Below, in pieces: positions 20,237 to 30,900 of a DNA stretch of 61,900 bases. The stretch is taken from the IMG/VR virus record IMGVR_UViG_3300032227_001666, positions 1 to 61,900 of that record. One strand, 5' to 3'. Under the pieces are notes generated by a model, which was not told the origin of the DNA, searched no databases, and saw nothing but the letters and a program-made list of their open reading frames with translations. Positions within the stretch are counted from its first letter, which is position 1. The number at the start of each line of letters is the position of its first letter. The stretch comes from a virus (lineage: Duplodnaviria; Caudoviricetes). Position numbers and translations under genes: made by a program.

Positions 20237-20398
20237 ATGGATGAGATTTTCTTCTTCCAATATCACCTTAAAGTAAATAAGGAACAATGGGGTAAGTATC
20301 CGATTCTGGAAAGAAGATATTTGATAGAAAAATTTCTCGAACAAAAAGAGATGGAGCAGAAAGAAATGGAGAAGCAATCAAAATCGAAAGGTAAATAA
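20237..20398 (+). CDS. Small baseplate/tail assembly protein (gp51-like, 53 aa), absent from the ORF track; may be made as a frameshift fusion
   Basis: MDEIFFFQYHLKVNKEQWGKYPILERRYLIEKFLEQKEMEQKEMEKQSKSKGK; P..ER..(L/I) plus charged tail pattern. Confidence 0.7.
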   Translation: MDEIFFFQYHLKVNKEQWGKYPILERRYLIEKFLEQKEMEQKEMEKQSKSKGK

Positions 20399-20400
20399 GA

Positions 20401-21144
20401 ATGGCTGCGGTAAAAGAAAGATATCAAAATCCAGTTATAACAGACACAGTAACACTTAGGCTTTTCGTTTATAATAGCAACAACTTTGCAAATGTTGACA
20501 GTATTGAAAAGGTTGACATATATGCAATCGAAAAAGGTGCTACTGAAAATGATTACGACAAAAGAAGATTAGTAGCTACCATACCAGGTAATCTTGTTTC
20601 CCAAGATGGAACTGGCTCTTATTATGTTTCTGTATTACTAGATGACACAATTTATACTATAGGAAATTATGTTGATGTATGGACCATGAAAATGGTAAAT
20701 ACTTATAATGAAGTTTCTGAAATAACTAATTACTGGACTGTTTATCCAGATCTTTGGTATACAGCTACTATTCCAGTTGTATATGACTTTTTATTTCAAT
20801 TTAGACCAACAAGATTACGCAAGGGAAGTAAAAGATATATAATAATTCAGGTTACTCCTAATGTTCCAAAAGGAACTGATTTACAAAGATATTATGAAAA
20901 TTTGGCAATTATAGGAAACATGTTTGTTAGTATTGTTCAGAAAACAGGAGAATGCCTTCCAGAAGAAGAGGATTTAAGAACTGTTGCAGATAAAGTTCCT
21001 GTAACTTTCCGTGAAAAAATGTATGGATATTATCAAATTGATACCGCAGATATGGATATTGGAATTTATGATATTTGGTTTGAACTTGACTTAGGCGGTA
21101 ACATTTACCTATCGGATCGAAATCAGTTTCAAATTTTTAATTGA
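20401..21144 (+). CDS. Hypothetical beta-rich protein, probably structural
   Basis: Two similar halves ending GxYxDxW / GIYDIW; located in the baseplate module. Confidence 0.7.
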   Translation: MAAVKERYQNPVITDTVTLRLFVYNSNNFANVDSIEKVDIYAIEKGATENDYDKRRLVATIPGNLVSQDGTGSYYVSVLLDDTIYTIGNYVDVWTMKMVNTYNEVSEITNYWTVYPDLWYTATIPVVYDFLFQFRPTRLRKGSKRYIIIQVTPNVPKGTDLQRYYENLAIIGNMFVSIVQKTGECLPEEEDLRTVADKVPVTFREKMYGYYQIDTADMDIGIYDIWFELDLGGNIYLSDRNQFQIFN

Positions 21145-21198
21145 TCTTTTTTAGCAAAAAAAATACTTTATAATATAACCTCGGCAGGAGGATATAGT

Positions 21199-22641
21199 AT
21201 GTCATTTGTTTCTCTGGAAAAATTAGACTGGTGGTTTAACAATAATCAGAATGTATTGTTTTCTGGACCTCATGGGGTAGGCAAAACCAGCATAGTAAAA
21301 TCATGCTTTGAAAGAAATGGACTAATTCTAAATGAAACATTTTTATATTTTAGTGCTTCTACCTTAGATCCTTGGGTAGACTTAATAGGCGTTCCAAAAG
21401 AAGTTGAGAATGATAATGGCGAACTATATCTTGACCTTGTTAGACCCAAAAATCTTTATAAAGGCAATATTATTGCCATTTTCTTTGATGAATATAATCG
21501 CTCTCCAAAAAAAGTTCGTAATGCTGTAATGGAATTAATACAATTCAAATCAATAAATGGTCTTAAGTTTCCAAATCTAAAAGTTGTCTGGGCAGCAATA
21601 AATCCAGATAACGAAGATGTATATGATGTTGAAAAAATTGACCCAGCACAACTAGATCGATTTCATGTAATGAAAGAAATTCCTTATGCTTGTGATAAAG
21701 AATTCTTTTACAAAATGTTTGGAGAAGAAATATCTAGCCCCGCAATAGAATGGTGGAATGAATTACCAAAAACTGAAAAAGAAAAAATATCTCCAAGAAG
21801 ATTGCAGTATGCTCTAGACACCTACAAACTAGGTGGCGATTTACACGACATACTACCATCTTCTTCAAACATAACAAAACTCATATCTTCTATAAGAACA
21901 GGCTCTATTGAAAAAAAATTAAATTTACTATTTTCAGAAAATAATAATTCTAATATAAAGTTGTTTTTTTCAAATGAAAATAATCTCACTTCTTCTATAC
22001 CTCACATAATAAAAAATATCGATTACATGGATGCATTTCTTCCTGTTTTCAACAAAGAAAGACTTGCAACACTTATGACAGAAGAAAAATCTATTCTTTC
22101 TTTTGTTGTTAATAAAAAAAATATAGAAAAGCACAACACTTTCAAATCTATAACAAGAGATATTTTATCTGCAAAATCTAATAATAAATTAAAAAATATG
22201 ATAATAAAAGAATTCGCTAAGGAATCTCCCGAAGGTGAGATTGTTTTTTTTGAACCAACAAAAAAAAGAACAGGACAAGGAATGATTGAAATTTTATCAA
22301 AAGCACATTCGTCTCCATTAACAATGTTCGATACAAGTAAAAAAATAGAAATATATGAATATGTTTATAATAATACCGTTATAGACTTAACAAAAGAAGA
22401 AGCAAATAGCATACTTGTTTTTTTAACAAGACTGCTGGGGGATTTTCAAGCAAACGATTTGTATTGGTATAAGAACATTGTGTCTTACATAAATTTTTTA
22501 CTTTTAGCTATTGAAAATCAGGAAAAAGATGATATTGATTTAATTAATTCATTGTCTAAAAACGAAGAAATAGAAGCCTTTATAAAAAAATTACAAAGAA
22601 CTTCTTTTTGGCATGACTTCTATCAAGGCACAAAGGCATGA
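21199..22641 (+). CDS. MoxR/dynein-related AAA+ ATPase
   Basis: Walker A GPHGVGKT, Walker B FFDEYNR, AAINP, DPAQLDRF, ISPR; AGGAGG RBS. Confidence 0.85.
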   Translation: MSFVSLEKLDWWFNNNQNVLFSGPHGVGKTSIVKSCFERNGLILNETFLYFSASTLDPWVDLIGVPKEVENDNGELYLDLVRPKNLYKGNIIAIFFDEYNRSPKKVRNAVMELIQFKSINGLKFPNLKVVWAAINPDNEDVYDVEKIDPAQLDRFHVMKEIPYACDKEFFYKMFGEEISSPAIEWWNELPKTEKEKISPRRLQYALDTYKLGGDLHDILPSSSNITKLISSIRTGSIEKKLNLLFSENNNSNIKLFFSNENNLTSSIPHIIKNIDYMDAFLPVFNKERLATLMTEEKSILSFVVNKKNIEKHNTFKSITRDILSAKSNNKLKNMIIKEFAKESPEGEIVFFEPTKKRTGQGMIEILSKAHSSPLTMFDTSKKIEIYEYVYNNTVIDLTKEEANSILVFLTRLLGDFQANDLYWYKNIVSYINFLLLAIENQEKDDIDLINSLSKNEEIEAFIKKLQRTSFWHDFYQGTKA

Positions 22642-23885
22642 AAATATCTTTTGATGAATATAAAAAAATATTAGATTCACTTCAAGATTACCATGCCGTA
22701 TTTTATAACAGTTGGAGAATAGGAACTCCAATATTTTCCGATTCAATTGAAACCGCCTGTGTAACCTTTGATGCAGATGGCAATCATGTTTCCTTTCTTT
22801 TTAATCCAGAATTTTGGAATTCTTGTACAGAATACGATAGACTTTTTGTAATTTGTCACGAAATACTCCATGTAATTTTAAATCATGGTAAAAGATTTAA
22901 AGATGCAAAGAACAAAAAAGCTTCCAATATTGCTATGGACATATCAATAAATCATTCTTTGATTAATAGATTTGGATTTGATAGAAAAGAATTGTCAATT
23001 CAAAAAGATCTCTGTTGGATTGATACGATATTTAAAAACATAATATCAACCGAAGAAACAGCGGAATTCTATTATAACTTACTAAAAAAAGAAGATGATT
23101 TAAAACAAAAATCTATAGATGATCATAATTTTTTAACTGAAAAAGGATTCTCTGATTCGTCAGAAATTATAAAAAATTTAGATAATATTTTAAGCGATGA
23201 AGAAAAACAAAATATAAAAAATTACTTAGACAAGCATGATGCAAAACCCTATGGAATAGACGAGGGATATGGGGCTGGTGGCTTGTTCCACATTGCCAGC
23301 AAAAAAGAATGCCTAAAACCCAATTGGGAAAACTTAATTAAAAAATATATAAAATTGGTTTATAAACAAGAAGAACATGATTCAGATCAGTTTGTAATAA
23401 AAAATAGAAGATATAATTGTGTAAATAAGAATCTATTCATTCCTTCTGAATCTACTATACAAGATTTTGTTTTTTCAAAATCTAAAATTGATTTAGTATT
23501 TTTTTTAGATACTAGTGGAAGCTGTTGGAATTTAAAAGATAGATTTTTTAAACTAGCGGAATCTTTGCCTAAAAAAAAATTTAATGCTAGTCTTTTCTGC
23601 TTTGATACACTTGTGTATCAAACAGATATTAAATCAAAATATATTTATGGAGGAGGCGGAACTAGATTTGATATAATTGAAAATTATATCATAAAAAATT
23701 ATGAAAAATATCCAGATGCTGTATTTATCATATCTGATGGCGAAGGAACGCAGGTGGATCCAAAATATCCAGAGAGGTGGTACTGGTTTATACAGAATTT
23801 CAAATCATGGAATTTTGTAAAATCTATGATGGATTCTCTTTTGCCTCCGGGTTGTCAGATACACGACCTAAATCATTTTCAGTAG
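22638..23885 (+). CDS. Metallopeptidase-like (HExxH) plus VWA domain protein (DUF2201-like)
   Basis: CHEILH, NIAMD, MIDAS DTSGS, GGGT, ISDG; ATGA-coupled to the AAA+ gene. Confidence 0.85.
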   Translation: MKISFDEYKKILDSLQDYHAVFYNSWRIGTPIFSDSIETACVTFDADGNHVSFLFNPEFWNSCTEYDRLFVICHEILHVILNHGKRFKDAKNKKASNIAMDISINHSLINRFGFDRKELSIQKDLCWIDTIFKNIISTEETAEFYYNLLKKEDDLKQKSIDDHNFLTEKGFSDSSEIIKNLDNILSDEEKQNIKNYLDKHDAKPYGIDEGYGAGGLFHIASKKECLKPNWENLIKKYIKLVYKQEEHDSDQFVIKNRRYNCVNKNLFIPSESTIQDFVFSKSKIDLVFFLDTSGSCWNLKDRFFKLAESLPKKKFNASLFCFDTLVYQTDIKSKYIYGGGGTRFDIIENYIIKNYEKYPDAVFIISDGEGTQVDPKYPERWYWFIQNFKSWNFVKSMMDSLLPPGCQIHDLNHFQ

Positions 23886-24420
23886 GAAAGAAAAAACCAT
23901 TTGGCAGTGTAAGCAAATCTTTTACAGTTATACAACTCCATTCTCTATAGTTTAATTTATATTCATAATTACCAGTAAGATCTTTTGTTTTTATAAAAGC
24001 AAGCCAAGGCTTTCTATCTTTTTTCCAAACCAACAGAGGTGGTTTTCCACATCTTTTAGCATCATCTTCTGCTTGTTCTAAAAAAGAATCTAGCTCTGTG
24101 TTTCCTCCCTGAAATACAGAATTCATATCAATTTTTGAATATCCTGTTTTTGACTCTATGCAAAATCTAAAACCCTTGGGACAACATATGTCCCCTGTCA
24201 GAGTTTCTTTTGCGTGAGAAGGCATGTTAGCAACTTGACCCCATCTGTTTCCAGAACCAACCGAACGAGAAAATGTTTCTGTTAAATAACTAAACCTTAA
24301 ATTAAGTATTCCAACAACTTCCCTCTCACCTCTTTTTCCCTTCATGTTGCCATTTTTCTTTTTAGATTTATTTTTAAACTTCTCTATATGATAAGTTTCA
24401 TCAAAGTCATCAAAATTCAT
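23824..24420 (-). CDS. Holliday junction resolvase-like PD-(D/E)XK nuclease
   Basis: KGKRGEREV, RSVGSG, GDI, IESK, QAEDDA...KPPLL motifs. Confidence 0.75.
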   Translation of the reverse strand: MNFDDFDETYHIEKFKNKSKKKNGNMKGKRGEREVVGILNLRFSYLTETFSRSVGSGNRWGQVANMPSHAKETLTGDICCPKGFRFCIESKTGYSKIDMNSVFQGGNTELDSFLEQAEDDAKRCGKPPLLVWKKDRKPWLAFIKTKDLTGNYEYKLNYREWSCITVKDLLTLPNGFFFPTENDLGRVSDNPEAKENPS

Positions 24421-24429
24421 GTTCCGCCT

Positions 24430-25416
24430 TTAGATAATACTATCTTTTAAATTATTCATCCTAATAATTATATCATCCATATTTTCTATTATTTCATCTG
24501 ATTTTATATTAGAAAATTCATTTTCTTTTATGTAACTATTAATTTGCTCAGACATCTCTTGCATCTTATTCCACACATTAAACAAATATGTTTTATTACT
24601 ATGTTTTTTGTCATTTAAAATAAAATTAAAAGCATCAATATTTGTTTTTTTACACTTACTAATTCTTATATCAAAAGTATTATCTTTAAAATTTTTAATT
24701 TTAATTACATCATAAGGATTGACTTCAAAAAACTTAGGTTGAGTTTTTATTGAAAAATTATTTTTTTTAAGAACAGATAAAGCATTTAAATAAATCTCCA
24801 TAGTGCTAAAAAATATTATCTGACCAAACTCCTCTCTCAAATCAGCAACAAAAAGAGGTCTATGTTTATTTCTTGTAATTACTAATGTGTTATAACTTTC
24901 ATTTTTTTCTGCATAAGCCCATGCAAACATACTGTTTTTTGTAAAGGAAAGAAGCAGCTCAATATTTTCTGAAATATCTTTGTCTTCTCTGTCCAAGACT
25001 CTAAGAATTATTTCTGAATCACAATCGCTTTCTACATCAAAAAACTTTTTTAATAGTAAATATTCTTGAGAATTTATAAGACCATTATGTATAATAGCTT
25101 TATTATTGCTTCTGTTGACAAATGGATGATTGTTTTTATTATCAGAAGGAACTCCTATTCCTACAGATGCTGCTCTGCAATGAAACAATCCTATATTTAA
25201 TTCATTTTCCCAAAGCTCTTCATATGCGTTTGTTTTTATTAAATTTGTTGATAAACCAGGTTTTTTTTTATAAAAAACATTATTGTTTTTATCAACACAA
25301 TAATATCCAGCGGCATCAATACCACGAACTTTAGTTTTATCAAAAAGTTCTGTTATTAATTTTTTTGTCTTATTTTTATCAATAGGATTGCCAATAAATC
25401 CCAATAATCCACACAT
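24430..25416 (-). CDS. Class II glutamine amidotransferase
   Basis: MCG start, RG.DAAG, HCRAAS, NNHPF, HNG, DSE motifs. Confidence 0.9.
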   Translation of the reverse strand: MCGLLGFIGNPIDKNKTKKLITELFDKTKVRGIDAAGYYCVDKNNNVFYKKKPGLSTNLIKTNAYEELWENELNIGLFHCRAASVGIGVPSDNKNNHPFVNRSNNKAIIHNGLINSQEYLLLKKFFDVESDCDSEIILRVLDREDKDISENIELLLSFTKNSMFAWAYAEKNESYNTLVITRNKHRPLFVADLREEFGQIIFFSTMEIYLNALSVLKKNNFSIKTQPKFFEVNPYDVIKIKNFKDNTFDIRISKCKKTNIDAFNFILNDKKHSNKTYLFNVWNKMQEMSEQINSYIKENEFSNIKSDEIIENMDDIIIRMNNLKDSII

Positions 25417-25424
25417 ATTTTTTC

Positions 25425-25961
25425 CTAAATTGAATTGGGATTCTGTTGCTCTGGGGCAGATCCGATTGGAGACACTGCACTTGAATCAAAACCAGAAACA
25501 GGCTGTACTGCAGGATTTATTTCTAAGTCTTTTGGTTTAGTAGTGTTGTCTTTATTTGAACTTAGTCCAGTAGAATCATCTTCTGGAGTAACTCCAAGAT
25601 CATTAATTGGAACACCTAGCTTTTCTAATATTCCTTTTAATCCTCCTTCAACACTATCTAATAAATTTTCAGTACCGTTTTTTTTATCATTTTTAGGATC
25701 TAATTCTTTTGATATAGCAACACCAAGATCTCTTAAAGTTTCCATATGCTTTTTGTTGTCTGTTGCTAAATGACCTTTTATAATCGTTTTAATATCACTT
25801 ACTATCTTGTCCAACTCCTTTGATGTCATCTTTGGACCAAGGTCTTTGAAATCATTTTGAAGATTCGTTACAGATGTATATATTAAACCAATCTTGTCCC
25901 CTAACAATTCAATGTTTTCATTTAATATAAAGTTTTTAAAACTAATTTTTTCAAATGACAT
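25425..25961 (-). CDS. Hypothetical protein, candidate internal head protein
   Basis: N-terminal ISFKNFILNE motif. Confidence 0.7.
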   Translation of the reverse strand: MSFEKISFKNFILNENIELLGDKIGLIYTSVTNLQNDFKDLGPKMTSKELDKIVSDIKTIIKGHLATDNKKHMETLRDLGVAISKELDPKNDKKNGTENLLDSVEGGLKGILEKLGVPINDLGVTPEDDSTGLSSNKDNTTKPKDLEINPAVQPVSGFDSSAVSPIGSAPEQQNPNSI

Positions 25962-25971
25962 GTTAACCCAC

Positions 25972-27618
25972 TTAATTAGAACTACTAGTATTTAGTAATT
26001 CAAGTTTCTTCTTTGCAGCATTTTCTACCAATCCAACAAATAAAGGACTAGCTGCGGTCAATCTAGATTTGAATTCTGGGTGAGCTTGAGTAGCAACAAA
26101 ATATGGATGAACAGATTTGTCCATCTCCATAATTTCAATAAGATTCGATTCTGGATTCCTTCCTGATACCACAAAACCTTTTGAAGCAAATTCCAACCTA
26201 CTAACCAATTCGCTATTAACCTCATAACGATGACGATGTCTTTCGGATATGTTCTTCTTCTTGTAATATTCACTTGCCAAGGAATCTTTTGCAACCTCAC
26301 AAGAATAAGATCCAAGTCGCATTGTACCAGACTTTTTCTTAATAGATTCTTGACCGGGAATAAAATGCACAACAGGATGCGTTGTGCTCTTGTCAAATTC
26401 TTCAGAGTTTGCGTCTTCCCAGCCTATGCTTCTGGCAAATTCAATTACAGCACATTGCAATCCAAGACAGATTCCCAAAAATGGTATCTTCTTTTCTCGA
26501 ACATATTTGATTGCTCTTATTTTACCTTCTACACCACGACTATCAAATCCTCCAGGAACGATCAGACCATCAATGTCGTTAAAAAATTCCTTAAGACACT
26601 TGGAATCCTTGCAATCTTCTACCTGTGCAGCGTTAATCCATGATATATCAACTTTTACATTTTTATTTACAGCAGCATGAAATACAGCCTCTTTAAGACT
26701 CAAATAAGCTTCATCAAAGTTGTCATACTTGTTTAATATTCCAATCCTAATTGTCTTCAAATCTTTATTTCCAATATATTTTTCAACTAAGTCCCGATAC
26801 TTGTGAATCCTAACGCCATTTCTAGTCAAATGAAACTTATCTATAATCAAATCATCAACATGCCTATTGTAAAATTCAATTGGGACTTGATAAACAGTAG
26901 GAACATCTGGTGCTTCAAATACCGCTGAACGAGGTACATTTGTTATATTTGAAATCTTTTCCATAATCTGATTTGGAATCTGCCTATCTGTTCGACAGAA
27001 TAATATCTCAGGTTGCAAACCACTGCTTTGCATACTTTGAACGGCTTGTTGCAAAGGCTTGGTTTTAAATTCCTTTATTGTTGGAATCCAAAGAACAGGA
27101 GCCACCAAAGAAACAATTACATCATTGGCATTCTTTTGTTTAAACTGCCGTATTGCTTCTAAAAATGGATAAGCCTCTGAATCACCTACTGTACCTCCAA
27201 TTTCAACTAAAACTATATCTGCGTCTTTTCCTAAGTCTTTAAGCCTGTCAATTATCTTGTTAGTAACATGAGGAACAACTTGAACAGTCTGTCCCAAATA
27301 CTTGCCTTCTTCTTGCTCTTGTATTATCTCTTTATATACAGTGCCAGAAGTTAATATATTCTTAGAGCTAACTTGACAACCAATGATTCTTTCATAGGTT
27401 CCCAAATCAAGATCTGTTTCACTGCCATCGTCGCACAAAAACACCTCTCCATGCTCTCTAGGAGCAAGGATGCCAGCATTTGTATTCAAGTAAGGATCAA
27501 ACTTAATAGGGACTATTTTTAAGCCTCTAAGACTCAAAAGAAGACCTAAGCTGGCTATAGACACGCCTTTACCTGTACCGCTTATTACCCCACCGCAAAC
27601 TACAATGTATTTAGCCAT
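25972..27618 (-). CDS. pyrG: CTP synthase
   Basis: GGVISGTGKG, KFDPYLN, ETDLDLG, EIGGTVGD, KTKPLQ, PGGF, GICLG, ERHRHRYE, QAHPEF motifs. Confidence 0.97.
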   Translation of the reverse strand: MAKYIVVCGGVISGTGKGVSIASLGLLLSLRGLKIVPIKFDPYLNTNAGILAPREHGEVFLCDDGSETDLDLGTYERIIGCQVSSKNILTSGTVYKEIIQEQEEGKYLGQTVQVVPHVTNKIIDRLKDLGKDADIVLVEIGGTVGDSEAYPFLEAIRQFKQKNANDVIVSLVAPVLWIPTIKEFKTKPLQQAVQSMQSSGLQPEILFCRTDRQIPNQIMEKISNITNVPRSAVFEAPDVPTVYQVPIEFYNRHVDDLIIDKFHLTRNGVRIHKYRDLVEKYIGNKDLKTIRIGILNKYDNFDEAYLSLKEAVFHAAVNKNVKVDISWINAAQVEDCKDSKCLKEFFNDIDGLIVPGGFDSRGVEGKIRAIKYVREKKIPFLGICLGLQCAVIEFARSIGWEDANSEEFDKSTTHPVVHFIPGQESIKKKSGTMRLGSYSCEVAKDSLASEYYKKKNISERHRHRYEVNSELVSRLEFASKGFVVSGRNPESNLIEIMEMDKSVHPYFVATQAHPEFKSRLTAASPLFVGLVENAAKKKLELLNTSSSN

Positions 27619-27649
27619 TTATTAATCCTTGAGTGATACCTTAAAATAC

Positions 27650-27683
27650 AAAAAAAGCGGAAGCCATTCAATAGCTTCCGCTT
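27650..27683 (-). terminator. Intrinsic terminator
   Basis: AAGCGGAAGC / GCTTCCGCTT stem with a T-run on the minus strand. Confidence 0.75.
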
Positions 27684-27716
27684 AATTTAAATTAGTTTGT
27701 TTTATTTTAAAAAAAA

Positions 27717-27971
27717 TCAAACGCTAAAATCGTCTGTTTCTTCAAAAAATTTGCAGCCTTGGTGTTCAAATGTTAAAAGACCTCTTCTTGGACTGTGTCT
27801 GTTTTTGCAAACACCCCAATCTTTGTCCAAATGACCTTCTAATTTCAAGAAATGCTTGCAATTATAAGAACAATCAGGACCATAGTCTTCTTCTCTAGAC
27901 CTTTTGCCCCAAGGCTGAAAATCTGAATCCAACTTTATTAAAACCATATCTAATTCTTTACGCTTTTCCAT
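27717..27971 (-). CDS. Small Cys-rich protein (DUF3027-like)
   Basis: CSYNCKHF...WGVCKN..SP..G...EHQGC pattern. Confidence 0.55.
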   Translation of the reverse strand: MEKRKELDMVLIKLDSDFQPWGKRSREEDYGPDCSYNCKHFLKLEGHLDKDWGVCKNRHSPRRGLLTFEHQGCKFFEETDDFSV

Positions 27972-27972
27972 A

Positions 27973-30900
27973 TTAGCTCTCGCAACTTGTACAAGTCAAA
28001 ATCGATCTGGCAAATTTTTGGGCTGCGTTCACGGAAATTTGATAATACAAACCCTTAATGCCCATTTTCCAGCCTTCAATAATCAAAGAATTAACATCTT
28101 TGGTTGGAACAGAAGGATGAATCATAAGGTTAAGACTTTGACCTTGATCAATATACTTCTGTCTTTGTGCTGCCTGAATCATAATCTCTTTAGGACTAAT
28201 TTCAGCAAAAGTCTTAAAGACATTCTTCTCTTCTTCGGTAAGACATTCCAAATGCTGGACGCTTCCGCCATTCATAAGAATGCTCTTCCATACTTCTTCA
28301 GTATCATGTCCCTTCGCTTTCAAAAGCTTCTCAAGCTCTGCATTCTTGATTGTAAATTTACCCTTTTGCAGATCCTTAATGTAATAGTTGGCTCTATGAG
28401 GTTCAATACCTTCAGAAACCTGTCCTAAAATAAACGAAGACGATTTTGTAGGGGCTATAGCAAGAAGAGTAGTGTTTCTTCTGTCGTATCCTTTGCATAC
28501 TTCTGGTTCACCATATTCTTCTGCTAGCTTTGCACTGGCTTTATATGCAGCTTCCTTGATGTTTTTTGCAATTTGAGTATTATGGAACTTGGCTTCCATA
28601 CTCTCCCAAGGAATCATCTTGCTTTGTAAGTAACTATGCCAGCCAAGCCAACCAACACCAAGAGCACGATGCCTTTCGGCAAATTTAACAGCCCTTTCCA
28701 TAAACTTAATATTTTTGGCTTTTTCAATAAATTCTGTCATTACAGCATCAAGAAGATAGACAAGAAGCTCCACGGCATCTGTGTCTTTCCATTCATCATA
28801 ATAAAGAATATTCATACTACTTAAATCACAGACAAATGATTCGTCTTCATTGTCTGGTAAATATATTTCATTGCAGTTGTGAGTTATTACCCCATTGCAC
28901 ACCCAAAGATTTTCTTCGGATTCTACTGTGCAACAGTATACATCTTCTTTTCCAACATATTCAATTGATTCAATTTTATAATATTTTTTTGTATTGTTTC
29001 TATATTCACGGCTGTCTATTTCAATTCCTTTTCTAGAAAGGAATCCAGTATTTTTTTCTATTTCCAAAGCATCATTTTTATTTCCTACTATAAGTCTCCA
29101 GCAATCTTTCACATCGAAATACTTGTGACCACCCTTGCCATCCGGCAATAGCTGCTTTCCTGCTTCACACAAAATACGAATAGACGATTGTAATCCAAGA
29201 TTTGCATATAAGAGTTGCAATTGCTTTAAAAAGTCTAAATTTATATTCGCCAAACTAATAGAAATTGGCTCTCCTGCGCTGCTTGCTTTAAAAACGGTTC
29301 CATCTGCATATAAAAGCCCCCGAATATATTGCCAAATAGTTTCCTCATTTGATTCAAATATCCATTTGGGAACAATTCCTTTTTGGAAATTTAATGCTTT
29401 TTTCAATGTCTTTGCAGCAAGCCGTTTCTTTGCTACGGTGCCATTTGAAACCACACAATCATGAAAAACAGCAGCTTTTCTGCCACGGCTGTAAGACATG
29501 CCATTGGGCATGGCAATTTCGTATGAATCACATCCATATTTTGTATGTATATTAGAAAATTTATTTTCAACTTCATCAATTAAATCAAAATAGTTTTCCC
29601 AAATATCAAGCATAATTATATCTTCATGCTGTGTCCCATCTGCTTGGTATAATCCCAATAGAAATGCTTCTTCTTGCATGTCTTTATTGCCAAACAACCC
29701 TTTGTTTGTTTGAATAGCTACTCTATCTCCTACTTTTAAATCTTTACATTCTTTTACAACAGAAACTTCTTTGTGGTGATTGTTGTACTCACTTGTTAAA
29801 ACTTTGTGATAAGATGTTATGGTATGTGACATTCCATTAGACAAATTAATCTTGAAAACATCTGCATTTTTTTCTACAAGCTGCATAGCAGAAGCATTTA
29901 CAACTTTTTTATTGTCAAATAATTTAAGGGCTCCTCCTTGTTCGTACAATTCTTTTGCTGAAATCATTCCCCTGTCACTTATAACAATTTGATCTCCAGA
30001 AACACATAGGTTACTATGTGTAATCTTTAAATTATTTTCTTTATAGCAATCTGCTGTATTATTATTTGCATTGTCTATAAATGTAATGTATGGATAACCA
30101 AAATTTGCTCTCATTTCGAGAACTTTAGCCCAAACCTTTCTTTTGTCTGCATCTCCATTAATCATTTCTTCCATCCAATAGTCTGGAACACAGACACCAT
30201 ATGACAAATCTTGGATAGCGAAACCTTCTGTTCTGATTTGAAGGAATTCCATAATGTCTGCATGGTCAATAGGAAGGTAGGCAGCAAAGTTGCCACGACG
30301 AGTGTTTCCACACACCATAACTCTATCTTGATATCTAACCAAAAGCCTACCCTCTGGCACTATAGCACAATAAACTTTTCCTTTGTAATATTCTTCAGTT
30401 TTATTAATTGACTCGCCCCCTCTGTAGGAGTTTTCGCTTATATTTATACAATGCAAATCACGCCTGTTGCCGTAGGCGGGGCGAATTCTAACTCTGGTTT
30501 TTAAATCAGCCAATGCAGCAATTGCTTGAACAAGATCTATATTTGTTTTATCTATGCTTGAATATGTAATGCATCCTCCATGAGATACACTTCCATCCCA
30601 ACAAGATAATTCCTCAATAAATTCTTGAGCCCAAATTCCATTTATTTCTTCAATTCTTACCCATTCAGAAAATGTTTTCTTTTTGACAGATTCTTCATAT
30701 TCAAAATTAATACTAATTGTTTTATCTGGATTGGTTTTCTTTTCGTATTTAATTCCAATATCGTTTAGGATTTTTTCTAAGCGTTGAACCTTTCTTTCTT
30801 TAGCAAAATGAAAACGAATTTTTCTATTTGCGTCATCTTTTCTTCCATCCGCTTGATATGCAATCCTAAGTCTATCAAAATTGCTTAGACCATCTCCTTT

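Noticed and set aside
23824-23885. 62-bp convergent overlap of the VWA and resolvase genes as a functional antisense feature
   Set aside because: Most simply a non-conserved tail extension of the resolvase; short convergent overlaps are common throughout this compact genome.
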